Part shown: piece after piece, positions 52,225 through 61,516 of the stretch
Layout: each line of letters opens with the position of its first letter
How positions within the stretch are numbered: position 1 is the stretch's first letter
Assembly: GCA_045645405.1 (NCBI GenBank)
Contig: JAZRIQ010000039.1
Location: 374 to 64,373 of the forward strand
Direction: 5' to 3'
Origin: Eubacteriales bacterium
GTDB lineage: Bacteria; Bacillota; Clostridia; Oscillospirales; CAG-272
DNA: 64,000 nt
Made by a program: the position numbers and the translations under genes
The notes under the pieces: generated by a model
Told to the model about the DNA's origin: nothing
The model's database searches: none
What the model saw: only the letters and a program-made list of their open reading frames with translations

Positions 52225-54624
52225 CTAATACAACGCAATATCGTAAACCGAGAAGACGGACGCATCCTTAAGGAGAGTATCTGCGTCAAGGTCGGTTTTA
52301 GCAAACACGGTATAAGGAGCTGTGCTTACTAAATCGAAATAGTTGTCGCTTAAAACAATATCGTGGTTTTTAAAGGAGATTTCTACGTTTTTAGCAAAGT
52401 TTTTGCTTGTTGCTGTTATCAAAACGCCACCTTTTGTGTTTTCGGCACTTAACGTAACTTGCGGATTTAAAAGCTTGAAGTGCTTTGGCTTTGTGCCAAG
52501 AACGGTGTTTGTTGACAGAAGCGTTCCGTCAGCGGAGTATAGCTGACAGAAGAAAAAGCTGTCACGAGTGTCGTTAAAATCCGAATTTGACATAGTATGT
52601 ACGTCAAGAGAGGAAAGAGCGGGAACACAAATTTCCTTCCTGCCCTTGAAAACTGTGTCAAAATCATTTTTTAATATTCCGAATTCCACGTAGCCCTTAA
52701 ATTCACTCATAGCCTCGTTGGCTACGTTTATAGTGATTTCCTTGCCCTCGTTGAATAAGCCAAGGGCAGTGGCTTGATAGAATTTCTTTGCGAAATAGTG
52801 AAGAGCCTTATATCTGCCGAAGTAGTCAATGCTTGACCATGAGGCAACGGGCCAGCAGTCGTTTAACTGCCAATAAATTGAACCCATTGTATAGCCGCGG
52901 CACCTTCTGAAATGCTCCACGCCGAATTTAATGGCTGTGGCTTGATTTAACTGTGATGCGTAAACGATAGCCTCCAAGGATCTTGGCGCTTGGTATTGCT
53001 CTGCAAGATACTTTAAAAGCTTAACGTTACCGTGCCAATGCTTTTGGTGACTTTCCATTGTGTAGGAAAGTAAATTTCTTTCGTCATCGGGGCAGAACGC
53101 GTCGATAGTTTTTATATTCGGCAAGCTTTCAAATCCGTATTCGGAGCAGAAACGGAATTTGTGCTTTCTGTATTCGTCAAACTCGCAATCTCCGTTCCAA
53201 ACGTGCCAAAAGTGAACGTCGCCTCTTGTATAGTCGGTTGGTAAATCGAAATTACCGCCCGATGTGGGGCTTGAGGGTGTGTAAGAAATTTGCGGAGCGT
53301 ATTCCTTGCAAATTTTAGGTAAAATTTCCTCGTAAAGCTTTAGATAATCCTGTCTTATTACGGGATTTTTGCCGTCTGCGCAGGGCCAGTTGCAAATTGC
53401 CTCTTCCATTTCGTTATTACCGCACAAAATACCAAGACACGCGTGATGTCTTAATCTCTTTACGTTATATACGGCTTCGGCTGAAAATTCCTTTACAAAA
53501 TCCTCTCTTAACCATACGTTTGCGCAGGCAACCATAAAGTCCTGCCACACAATAAGACCGTATTTGTCGCAAAGGTCGTATAAATAATCCTCGGGGTAGA
53601 ATGCGCCGCCCCAAACTCTTATAGTGTTGAAATTGGAAAAAATACAGTCGTTTACGATTTTTTCAAGTCTTTCGTTGGTCATTCTTGAGGGCAAGCTGTC
53701 AACAGGCACGAAGTTTGCACCCATAGCGAACATTTTTACCCCGTTAATTTTGTAGCAGAATTCCTGTCCGTATTCATCGTCCTCACGGCAAAGAGAAAGA
53801 GTGCGCAAGCCGATTGTTTTCGTAAGCGTATCTATTAAATCCTCGCCCCTGTATAAATAAAACGTAATTTCATAGAGATTTTGCTCTCCGTAGCCGTTTG
53901 GCCACCAAAGACGCGGATTTTCTATTTTCACCGTGCCCTTATTGTCCTTTAGCTGTACTCTTTGTCCCTCAATTTCGCAAACAACTGTCAAATTGTCGGC
54001 ACCGTGCTTGGTGGTTGTGGAAATATCTAAAAGAACCTTGTTTTCTTCGTGATGCTGTAATATTTCCACGTCCTCAAATTTATCCACGTTGTAGCAGATT
54101 ATTTGAACGGGACGGAAAATTCCCATGTTGGGAAGCTTTGGCGCCCAGTCCCAGCCCGACATATAAAACGCTTTTCTTAAATGGCAAGCACCAACGGCTG
54201 TATCGTCGCTCATATAAAGCGGGTGCTTTTCGTTCATTTCATAAAAATAGTTTACGGGAGATTTAATTTCAAGACGGAGAATATTATTTTCCTTGGCAAG
54301 ATTTTTTATATCGTACTCGTATTTTCTGTGCATATTCATAACGTTGCCTATAAGAGTGCCGTTAAGATAAATGTCACAAATCGTGTCAATTCCGTAGAAA
54401 ATAAGGTCTATTTTATCCTTTTTAAGCTCCTCTTTTGTAAGAGAAAAGCTTGAATAAAAGACACAATCCTTTTTGGAATAGTCAAAAAGCTCTTTTTCAT
54501 TCGTTCCGTAATAAGGGTCGCTTATATAGCCGTAATTCAGTAAAACGCTATACATATCGCAGGGCACGGTGCAATCAAGGGAGCGGTAGCCCTCGTAATC
54601 CATTTTCCAATTTTCAATAAACAT
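52225..54624 (-). CDS. GH2 beta-mannosidase
   Basis: 799-aa ORF with DPYYGTNE near the N-terminus, the NEME catalytic region (CGNNEMEE) and WQLNDCWPVASWSSIDYFGRYKALHY. No signal peptide. Confidence 0.85.
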   Translation of the reverse strand: MFIENWKMDYEGYRSLDCTVPCDMYSVLLNYGYISDPYYGTNEKELFDYSKKDCVFYSSFSLTKEELKKDKIDLIFYGIDTICDIYLNGTLIGNVMNMHRKYEYDIKNLAKENNILRLEIKSPVNYFYEMNEKHPLYMSDDTAVGACHLRKAFYMSGWDWAPKLPNMGIFRPVQIICYNVDKFEDVEILQHHEENKVLLDISTTTKHGADNLTVVCEIEGQRVQLKDNKGTVKIENPRLWWPNGYGEQNLYEITFYLYRGEDLIDTLTKTIGLRTLSLCREDDEYGQEFCYKINGVKMFAMGANFVPVDSLPSRMTNERLEKIVNDCIFSNFNTIRVWGGAFYPEDYLYDLCDKYGLIVWQDFMVACANVWLREDFVKEFSAEAVYNVKRLRHHACLGILCGNNEMEEAICNWPCADGKNPVIRQDYLKLYEEILPKICKEYAPQISYTPSSPTSGGNFDLPTDYTRGDVHFWHVWNGDCEFDEYRKHKFRFCSEYGFESLPNIKTIDAFCPDDERNLLSYTMESHQKHWHGNVKLLKYLAEQYQAPRSLEAIVYASQLNQATAIKFGVEHFRRCRGYTMGSIYWQLNDCWPVASWSSIDYFGRYKALHYFAKKFYQATALGLFNEGKEITINVANEAMSEFKGYVEFGILKNDFDTVFKGRKEICVPALSSLDVHTMSNSDFNDTRDSFFFCQLYSADGTLLSTNTVLGTKPKHFKLLNPQVTLSAENTKGGVLITATSKNFAKNVEISFKNHDIVLSDNYFDLVSTAPYTVFAKTDLDADTLLKDASVFSVYDIALY

Positions 54625-54701
54625 AAGAAGCCTCCAAAAAACAAGTCTGTATTAACTTTATCACAAAGTCGACTTTAAATCAAGTGGAAAACACTTTTTG
54701 C

Positions 54702-54730
54702 TTGTAAAAATTAACGTTTAATGATATAAT
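54702..54730 (+). promoter_or_regulatory. sigma-70 promoter of GH31 and downstream genes
   Basis: TTGTAA, 17 nt ending in TGA, then TATAAT. Confidence 0.55.
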
Positions 54731-54761
54731 CAAAATATAATGTCGTTTTAAGGAGAGTAAA

Positions 54762-56330
54762 ATGCACTTAAGAGTTAAAATGCTTGAAAACGAGCTTTGG
54801 TACGGAGGCTCGGTAGCTGACGCTATGAAAAATCCGTTTGATGAAAAATCGGTTTTTTATTTAGATATGGAAAAGGGGTTAAACCAGACAATGCCTCTTT
54901 ACGTTTCAACTGCGGGCAGATACTTGTGGTGCGAGACTCCTATGGTTGTTAAAATTGAAAACGGTGTATTTGACATTACTGCTAAGAGCGAAATTATTCT
55001 TTGGGATAAGGGAAAAAGCCTTAAGGACGCATACTTAAACGCGTCAAACAATCATTTTAAGTTCACGGGCAAGGTTCCGCCCCTTAAGTTTTTCGAGAGC
55101 GCACAGTATAATAGCTGGATGGAGCTTGACTATCACCAAAATCAAGAGGCGATTTTAAAGTATGCTCACGGAATAGTTGATAACGGCTACGAGCCGGGAG
55201 TTTTAATGATAGACGAGGGCTGGCACACAAGATACGGCCTTTGGGAGTGGGACTTTATTAAATTTCCCGAGCCTAAAAAAATGATTGAGGAGCTGCACGC
55301 TTTAGGCTTTAAGGTTATGCTTTGGGTTGTGCCTTTGGTTACTGCTGACGGACAACAGTTCAGTATGAGCTATTTCCCATACCATAGCTATCTTGACGGT
55401 GCCTGCGGCGATAAGAAATATTTTTTGCGTACTGACGAGGGCAAGGTTGCTCTTATTGAGTGGTGGAACGGCTTTAGCGCCATACTCAATATGTGTAAGG
55501 AAGAGGACAGAGAATTTCTTGACAGTAAGCTTCGTGTTCTAATTGATGAATACGGAGTTGACGGTTTTAAATTTGACGGCGGCCCGATAGAAATGTATCA
55601 TCAGAGCAATACGGTAAACGGCTCTCAAACAAAATATTCTCCTGCGGAATTGAATATCGCCTGGAACGAATTCGGAACAAGATATGAATATCACGAATAC
55701 AAGGACACCTATAAGGGTGGCGGCAAGGCGGTTATTCAGCGCTTAAGAGACAGAAATCACAGTTGGGACGATGACGGAATTGACACTATTATTCCCTCGG
55801 TTCTTTTGCAGGGACTTATCGGTCACCCCTTTGTTTGTCCCGATATGATTGGCGGCGGCTGGTGGTCGCTGAATTACGACCCCAATTTCAAGCTTGATAT
55901 GGAGCTTTTTGTAAGAATGGCGCAGGTAAGCGCGCTTTTGCCGATGATGCAATTTTCCTGGGCGCCTTGGCGTAAGCTTGACCAAAAGCACGCTTCCCTT
56001 TGTCTTGAGGCGGCAAAGCTTCACAAAAAATTCGCACCGTATATCATAGAGCAGGTGAAAAAATCTGCTGTAAGCGGTGAGCCTATCGTTCGACAGATGG
56101 AATATGAATATCCTCATTGCGGATACGAAAGAGTATTTGACCAATTTATGCTGGGAAGTGACGTTTTGGTTGCGCCCGTTATAATAAAGGGGCAGACGAA
56201 AAGAACGGTTAAGCTACCCCTGGGAAAGTGGAAATATCTTGGCAAAGAGGAATACGACGGCGGAAAAGAGGTTCTTGTTGACAGCCCCCTTGACGTACTG
56301 CCTTATTTCATAAAGTCCGACAAAGAATAA
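54762..56330 (+). CDS. GH31 family glycoside hydrolase
   Basis: 522-aa ORF with MIDEGW and YGVDGFKFDGG (GH31 nucleophile-region-like). No signal peptide. Confidence 0.7.
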   Translation: MHLRVKMLENELWYGGSVADAMKNPFDEKSVFYLDMEKGLNQTMPLYVSTAGRYLWCETPMVVKIENGVFDITAKSEIILWDKGKSLKDAYLNASNNHFKFTGKVPPLKFFESAQYNSWMELDYHQNQEAILKYAHGIVDNGYEPGVLMIDEGWHTRYGLWEWDFIKFPEPKKMIEELHALGFKVMLWVVPLVTADGQQFSMSYFPYHSYLDGACGDKKYFLRTDEGKVALIEWWNGFSAILNMCKEEDREFLDSKLRVLIDEYGVDGFKFDGGPIEMYHQSNTVNGSQTKYSPAELNIAWNEFGTRYEYHEYKDTYKGGGKAVIQRLRDRNHSWDDDGIDTIIPSVLLQGLIGHPFVCPDMIGGGWWSLNYDPNFKLDMELFVRMAQVSALLPMMQFSWAPWRKLDQKHASLCLEAAKLHKKFAPYIIEQVKKSAVSGEPIVRQMEYEYPHCGYERVFDQFMLGSDVLVAPVIIKGQTKRTVKLPLGKWKYLGKEEYDGGKEVLVDSPLDVLPYFIKSDKE

Positions 56331-56353
56331 AATTCTGAAAGGGAAATGAACAA

Positions 56354-59300
56354 ATGAAAAGAAAACTATTATTTATATTTACGGTAATATGCCTTGCGTT
56401 GACCTTTTCTCTTACCGCAGGAGCGATGGAAGGAAATGGAACACAAGAGGAGCCGTATCTCATAACAAACAGGCAGGAGCTTTTAGAGGTTAATAATAAT
56501 TTATCCGCCTGTTACAGGCTTGAAAACGACGTTACCGCTTCTTCTCAGACGGGAGCTATTATTGAGGGACCCTTTACGGGAATCTTTGACGGAAACGGCA
56601 AAAAGATAACGGTTGCAATAAACGCTCCTGCGGATAAGAGCGGAGATACCTTTGACGCTTTGTTCGGCACCGTATCGGGAACTGTTAAAAATCTTACGGT
56701 AGGCGGAACCGTTGTGGGTTCTAATAAGGTTGCAGGCGTGGTAGGTAAGCTGTCGGGAAGCGGCAACGTGGACAACTGCAAAAACAACGCCACCGTTACG
56801 GGCAGAAAGAATATAGGCGGTATTTGCGGACTCGTTTTGGGAAAGGCAACCGTTACAAATTGCGTCAATTACGGAAATATTAACGGAAAAAATCCAATAA
56901 AAGCAGGCCTTGATATGGGCGGCATTGTAGGCTGTGTTTGGGACGCTGACCAAAACACGGTAGCTATTGTAAACTGCTACAATGCAGGTAAGATTTACGG
57001 AGAGGGCTATAACTGCGGCGGTATTGTCGGACATTACCAAGGCGGAGGCTTGGTAAATTGCTTTAACTCCGGTGAGGTTACCGCAACTGACATTACAGGC
57101 TATGAGGGCTCTATTATAGGTAAAACGGCAGGCAACTATACTCACTCTATAAAGGGATATTTTTCTTTAACATCCGATGCGTGTGTTGGAGGGGGAGAAG
57201 GTACGGTTGCATTAAGTGACTGTATGCTAAAAGCCGAGGGAGTGTCTATTTACCTTGGCACCGGCTCGGGCATTCGCGGCTCGTTTTGCGTAAACGAAGA
57301 GGTATTCAACGTTCTTTTTGAGCTTATTGGCTCTGACGGCGCTATTGAATACGGAACGGTTATTTCAACAAAAGAGGTAGTTGAAGCGCTGGACGGATAT
57401 TTACTTTCACAAAAAGCGCAGGAAAACGGAACTGTCATTATGGCCCCTGCATTTAAGGACGGAGAAAAGCTCTATTCCGACGACAAAATTAACATCGAGG
57501 GCTTCCATTATTACAAATTTGCTCTTGAAGACGTACCGGACACAAAGGAATCCTATAATAGAGAGTACGTTATTCTTGGCTACGTAATGATAACCAATGC
57601 CAGAAAAGCCCAAATACCGGCATATTTAAACACCGTTAAATCATTAAATTTAGCTTCTTCGGTGGAGGGAACGGAATTTAAATCCGTCACCATTAACCGT
57701 GTGGCAGAATTGACGATAGCTGACGGTGACTTTAAGGATAACAAGAAGGCACTTAATATGCTTTATCACATAGTCAGCTTTAAGGAATACGAAAACAAAA
57801 TTGAAATTGACGGCGTAAACGATTACGGTCATGCAAACGCCACCTTTACCTCTCATATCAGCAGCGACGGGACGGTTGTTTTCAAGGTCAATACAACCAG
57901 CCTTTTGGAATTTAATTTTTACGTAAGAAGCTTGATTTCAGACGGATATGAGAAGATTTTTGAAAGCGAGAAAAACGGAAATCTTTTCTACACGTTGAAA
58001 AAGGGAGACGATTTAATAAACGCTTCGTTTTTCGTTGGCAATAACGAGGTGACAATTTCTAAAGAAACGGTATCGGGTACAATATCCAATACCGAAAAGC
58101 AGAATTATACCGAGAAAAACACCTCGTCCATTACTCAAATTAAATTGGCAGACAACGTGGATATAAAAGAGGGAATGTCATACGTTGTTCATTTAGCTGA
58201 CGGAACGTTCTTCTTAATTGACGGCGGCTGGTGCTACGACAATTATTTAGAAGCGGATAAGCTTTACCAAACTCTTGTTTCTCTTGCGGGCGAGGGTAAC
58301 GATATTGTAATCAAGGGCTGGATTTTTACCCATTGTCACGGTGACCATATCGGTACCTTTAACTACTTTGTAGAAAAATACCATAACAGCGTTACAATAG
58401 AGCAGCTCCTTTACAATTTCCCTTCGGATGAGGAGATAAGCACGAGCGGCTCATCTTATATGCTTAATGACACTAAGCAGAGGTATAATTATTTCAAAAA
58501 GATGATTTCCACCTATTTACAGGATACGGAAATAGTGAAGGTTCATAGCGGATATACGCTCTATTATGCAAACGCCAAGGTGGAAATTCTTCAAACCTTT
58601 GAGGACCTTTATCCAAAATCGGTTGCACACAACGGCTATGATTTCAATTCGTCCTCAACGATATTTACTCTTGAAATTGACGGACAAAAAATGATGTTTA
58701 CAGGTGACGTATCCGACGTGGGCGCTGAACGCCTTAACAGCGTGTACAAAAACAGCTTGAAATGCGACTTTTTACAGATTGCTCACCACGGCTTAAATTA
58801 CACGTCAACTATAAGAACACTTTATCAATACGTAGATGCGGAATATATTCTTTATCCTGCTCCTCTTGATTGGTACCGTTCAAACGCCAGCACGGACGCA
58901 AACAACTATATTGCTACTCAAAGCCCAACCGTTAAGCAAATTTTCGTGTCGGGAATTGATACCTTCAAGCTGAATTTGCCTTATGACGGAAAGCAGTATA
59001 ACGGAGATAAGCTACATATTCCGGGGGTTAAGACAGAGGCAGACAGACCTGAAAATTACGTTAGCGTGCCTAACGCATACTTTGATTTAGACCTTTCAGG
59101 CTCTGCTCCTAAGGACGCTCAAGGTAATGCTTCCGTTACTGTAACCGGCGGAGCTATAACGGAAACGACGGTTATGCATAACGGTGAAAGCAAGACCGCA
59201 ACTGCCTTTACAAAGGGCGATGGCGGCGATTACTATATGACGCTTAATTTTAACGATATAAGCACCGACAGCGAGATGGGAAAATTTGTTATGACCTCCT

Positions 59301-59815
59301 CGACCTTCGAGATTTTCTTGAAGCTGGATAAGCTCCCCGGAGCAACAGTCGGACTTATTACCTCCTGCAATGGCGGCGGTGTAACGCTTTATTTACGCAA
59401 GCAGGCAGGCGGACAGATAAATTTCCAAATAGGCTCTACTGCTCCTAACTCTAACGGAAGCGGCTATAAATATTCTGCCGCTGCCGATATAAACGGTACA
59501 GCACCTGTTGCTGAGTCGGGAAGACTTTTACATATCGTGGGTGTTTATGACAGCAAAACGAATATGATGAAGGTTTATATTAACGGCATACTTGCAGCTT
59601 CCGCAAATTACGGTAACGGTCAGTTCTCTGGCGGTAGCGGTAATGATTACGTTTTAGGTATCGGCTACAATCCACAGTATAACGGCGAATGCTTAAGCTC
59701 TTATGCCGACTACGAGCTATATGAGGCGAGAATTTATGATACAGCCCTTACAGACGAGCAGGTTGCTCAGCAATATTGGAACTGTATTGACAACCTTTTA
59801 ATTGAAGAAAAATAA
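56354..59815 (+). CDS. Secreted multidomain protein: GLUG repeats, unknown middle region, MBL-fold metallo-hydrolase and a LamG/concanavalin-like domain
   Basis: 1153-aa ORF with a signal peptide (LTFSLTAGA-MEG). GLUG-like motifs NIGGICGLV, MGGIVGC and CGGIVGHY. The HxHxDH motif FTHCHGDHIG lies at about 58331-58348. The C-terminal YELYEARIYDTALTDEQV is typical of LamG_3. Confidence 0.8.
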   Translation: MKRKLLFIFTVICLALTFSLTAGAMEGNGTQEEPYLITNRQELLEVNNNLSACYRLENDVTASSQTGAIIEGPFTGIFDGNGKKITVAINAPADKSGDTFDALFGTVSGTVKNLTVGGTVVGSNKVAGVVGKLSGSGNVDNCKNNATVTGRKNIGGICGLVLGKATVTNCVNYGNINGKNPIKAGLDMGGIVGCVWDADQNTVAIVNCYNAGKIYGEGYNCGGIVGHYQGGGLVNCFNSGEVTATDITGYEGSIIGKTAGNYTHSIKGYFSLTSDACVGGGEGTVALSDCMLKAEGVSIYLGTGSGIRGSFCVNEEVFNVLFELIGSDGAIEYGTVISTKEVVEALDGYLLSQKAQENGTVIMAPAFKDGEKLYSDDKINIEGFHYYKFALEDVPDTKESYNREYVILGYVMITNARKAQIPAYLNTVKSLNLASSVEGTEFKSVTINRVAELTIADGDFKDNKKALNMLYHIVSFKEYENKIEIDGVNDYGHANATFTSHISSDGTVVFKVNTTSLLEFNFYVRSLISDGYEKIFESEKNGNLFYTLKKGDDLINASFFVGNNEVTISKETVSGTISNTEKQNYTEKNTSSITQIKLADNVDIKEGMSYVVHLADGTFFLIDGGWCYDNYLEADKLYQTLVSLAGEGNDIVIKGWIFTHCHGDHIGTFNYFVEKYHNSVTIEQLLYNFPSDEEISTSGSSYMLNDTKQRYNYFKKMISTYLQDTEIVKVHSGYTLYYANAKVEILQTFEDLYPKSVAHNGYDFNSSSTIFTLEIDGQKMMFTGDVSDVGAERLNSVYKNSLKCDFLQIAHHGLNYTSTIRTLYQYVDAEYILYPAPLDWYRSNASTDANNYIATQSPTVKQIFVSGIDTFKLNLPYDGKQYNGDKLHIPGVKTEADRPENYVSVPNAYFDLDLSGSAPKDAQGNASVTVTGGAITETTVMHNGESKTATAFTKGDGGDYYMTLNFNDISTDSEMGKFVMTSSTFEIFLKLDKLPGATVGLITSCNGGGVTLYLRKQAGGQINFQIGSTAPNSNGSGYKYSAAADINGTAPVAESGRLLHIVGVYDSKTNMMKVYINGILAASANYGNGQFSGGSGNDYVLGIGYNPQYNGECLSSYADYELYEARIYDTALTDEQVAQQYWNCIDNLLIEEK

Positions 59816-59830
59816 AATAGGAGGCAAGAT

Positions 59831-60397
59831 ATGCGCGGAATTAAACTTATTAGAAAGACATTTATTATAACAAGCATCTTGCTTGCTCTTTTGGTGCTTT
59901 TATGCGCCTGCGGAGGCGGCGACACGGATAGCTCCGCAAAGGACACAAGCGCCGTATCGGACACAGCCACAGACGGTTTGCAGTCAGGCGACAGAGAAGA
60001 TAGCGATACGTCTGCTGATACAGGCAGCGACGTTGTGAGCGACTCCGATACAAACGTTGATACCGACACGGATATAGGTACAGACACGGACGTTGATAGT
60101 GATACGGATAATGACACAGACGTAAGCACCGATACTGACACAGATACTGATAGCGGTACCGGCTCTGACAGCAGTACAGACGTTGGAACAGACACAAATA
60201 CCGATACGGACACAAGCACCGACACGGACACAAGCACCGACACAGACACAAGCACCGACACAGGTACGAACACGGATACTGATACAGATCCTGATACAGA
60301 TACAGATACTGACAGCGGTGACAACGAAAACGGCGACGAAGAAGACAATGAAGACGAGGAAATCGGAGACGACGTTTGGACGGACAATAAACAATAA
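59831..60397 (+). CDS. Lipoprotein consisting almost entirely of Asp/Thr/Ser repeats
   Basis: 188-aa ORF, 15 nt after the preceding gene, with an AGGAGG RBS. Signal peptide plus lipobox LLCAC-GGG. The remainder is (D-T/S)n low complexity. Confidence 0.7.
   Translation: MRGIKLIRKTFIITSILLALLVLLCACGGGDTDSSAKDTSAVSDTATDGLQSGDREDSDTSADTGSDVVSDSDTNVDTDTDIGTDTDVDSDTDNDTDVSTDTDTDTDSGTGSDSSTDVGTDTNTDTDTSTDTDTSTDTDTSTDTGTNTDTDTDPDTDTDTDSGDNENGDEEDNEDEEIGDDVWTDNKQ
59978..60325. repeat. in-frame hexamer/18-bp tandem repeats (DT/DS units)
   Basis: accgatacggacacaagc / accgacacggacacaagc / accgacacagacacaagc at 60200-60253, embedded in about 350 bp of gacaca/gatact periodicity. ORFs are open in several frames on both strands across this region. 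Confidence 0.8.
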
Positions 60398-60419
60398 AAA
60401 AAGCTACGCAGGCGGGAAT

Positions 60420-61154
60420 TTACGGCCTGCGTAGTTTTTTAAAATAGAATGCGTTTGTATAAACGAAAATGAATAATAAATAGAGAGGTAAATATAATCC
60501 GTACCCCATTCCTAAAATTTCTTGAACCTCATTGGAGCGCATAAAATAAAAGGGATCAGGGTCAATCTTAAATAAGTAAATTTCCAGAAAAGCGTATAAT
60601 AGCATTACGCCAAGACAAATTCCTTCCTTCCAAATATTACAATATCTAAAATCAGTGAATTTGTAGGTTATAAAGCAAACGGAAATAATCAAGAAAAATG
60701 AATGTGTAATAATAGAATAAAGATTTTCAAATAAAATCAATTCATTTGTAAAACCTGCGCCTGGATAAGCAAAAAATATTGTTGCGCAAAGTATTCCCAC
60801 AACAGAAGCGAAATTGTAAAAGAATTTTTTTCTTACAATCAAAGCGATTATAACAAGCCAACAAGAAATTGCGCATCCCGGTCTTGGTAATAAAATTTTC
60901 AAAATTCTGTTAACAGTAAGCTCGTCTGCAAGGATAAACCCGTTAATTCTTCTTACTATGCCTAAAATCGCAATAACTATAGCAAAGGATAAGAGAATAG
61001 AAAATTTAAGTTTTTCACTTTTGTTTTTCAATAAAATTGAAGAAATAACAATAAATCCAATACATAAAATCAATGTAATTATATGTAAAGAGCCCCATGC
61101 TCCATCAACCTTGGGATTCGGATAGGTGCTAAAAAGCCAATCTGAAAAGCTCAT
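60420..61154 (-). CDS. YwaF/TIGR02206-like polytopic membrane protein (paralog 2)
   Basis: Start set at the ATG at 61154 (MSFSDWLF). The GAWGSLHI motif and TM layout parallel 48490..49281. Confidence 0.55.
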   Translation of the reverse strand: MSFSDWLFSTYPNPKVDGAWGSLHIITLILCIGFIVISSILLKNKSEKLKFSILLSFAIVIAILGIVRRINGFILADELTVNRILKILLPRPGCAISCWLVIIALIVRKKFFYNFASVVGILCATIFFAYPGAGFTNELILFENLYSIITHSFFLIISVCFITYKFTDFRYCNIWKEGICLGVMLLYAFLEIYLFKIDPDPFYFMRSNEVQEILGMGYGLYLPLYLLFIFVYTNAFYFKKLRRP

Positions 61155-61255
61155 AATAATATACCTCATATAATATTCAAACAAGCTTATTATAGCATTG
61201 CACAAAGCAAAAGTGTCATTTTTATGAACAAGTTTTCAGAAAGTTCACAAATTTA

Positions 61256-61331
61256 TTCGTGACGGAGCCACGAAGGAGGCTTGGGAACACTTATCGCAAA
61301 CAAAGAAAAAAGACAGGTACAAGACCTGTCA
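61256..61331. repeat. direct repeat copy A (small hairpin plus terminator hairpin)
   Basis: ttcgtgacggagccacgaa ... aaaaaagacaggtacaagacctgtc. The 25-nt core is identical to copy B. Confidence 0.7.
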
Positions 61332-61436
61332 AAAGAACCCGTGAAAATTGCTCTGTGGATTCTCGCTTCACGAGGCTTTTGTCCACGGCTTATCCTTGCA
61401 AGCAGACAACGCCTTAGGGCAAAAGAACGCACCACA

Positions 61437-61516
61437 TTCGTGGCAGAGCCACGAATGGAGGTTCGAAACAACACTCAATCTCGCAAAACAAAAAAGACAG
61501 GTACAAGACCTGTCTT
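61437..61516. repeat. direct repeat copy B (includes the tRNA-Ser terminator)
   Basis: ttcgtggcagagccacgaa ... aaaaaagacaggtacaagacctgtc, followed by T6. Confidence 0.7.

Noticed and set aside
56501-57145. A 214-aa minus-strand ORF inside the GLUG-repeat region.
   Set aside because: It is antisense to the 1153-aa gene. Gly-rich repeat codons read stop-free on the opposite strand.
59978-60325. A regular short repeat pattern that could superficially suggest a CRISPR-like or satellite array.
   Set aside because: The period is 6/18 nt with no unique spacers, and the repeats are in frame within a lipoprotein ORF with an RBS and signal peptide. This is coding low-complexity sequence.
59767-60394. 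Multiple ORFs of 128-206 aa on the opposite strand and in other frames across the Asp/Thr repeat (59767..60387, 59865..60251, 59984..60394, 60183..60434).
   Set aside because: These are artefacts of stop-free repeat sequence. They have no RBS or signal features and overlap the better-supported plus-strand lipoprotein gene.
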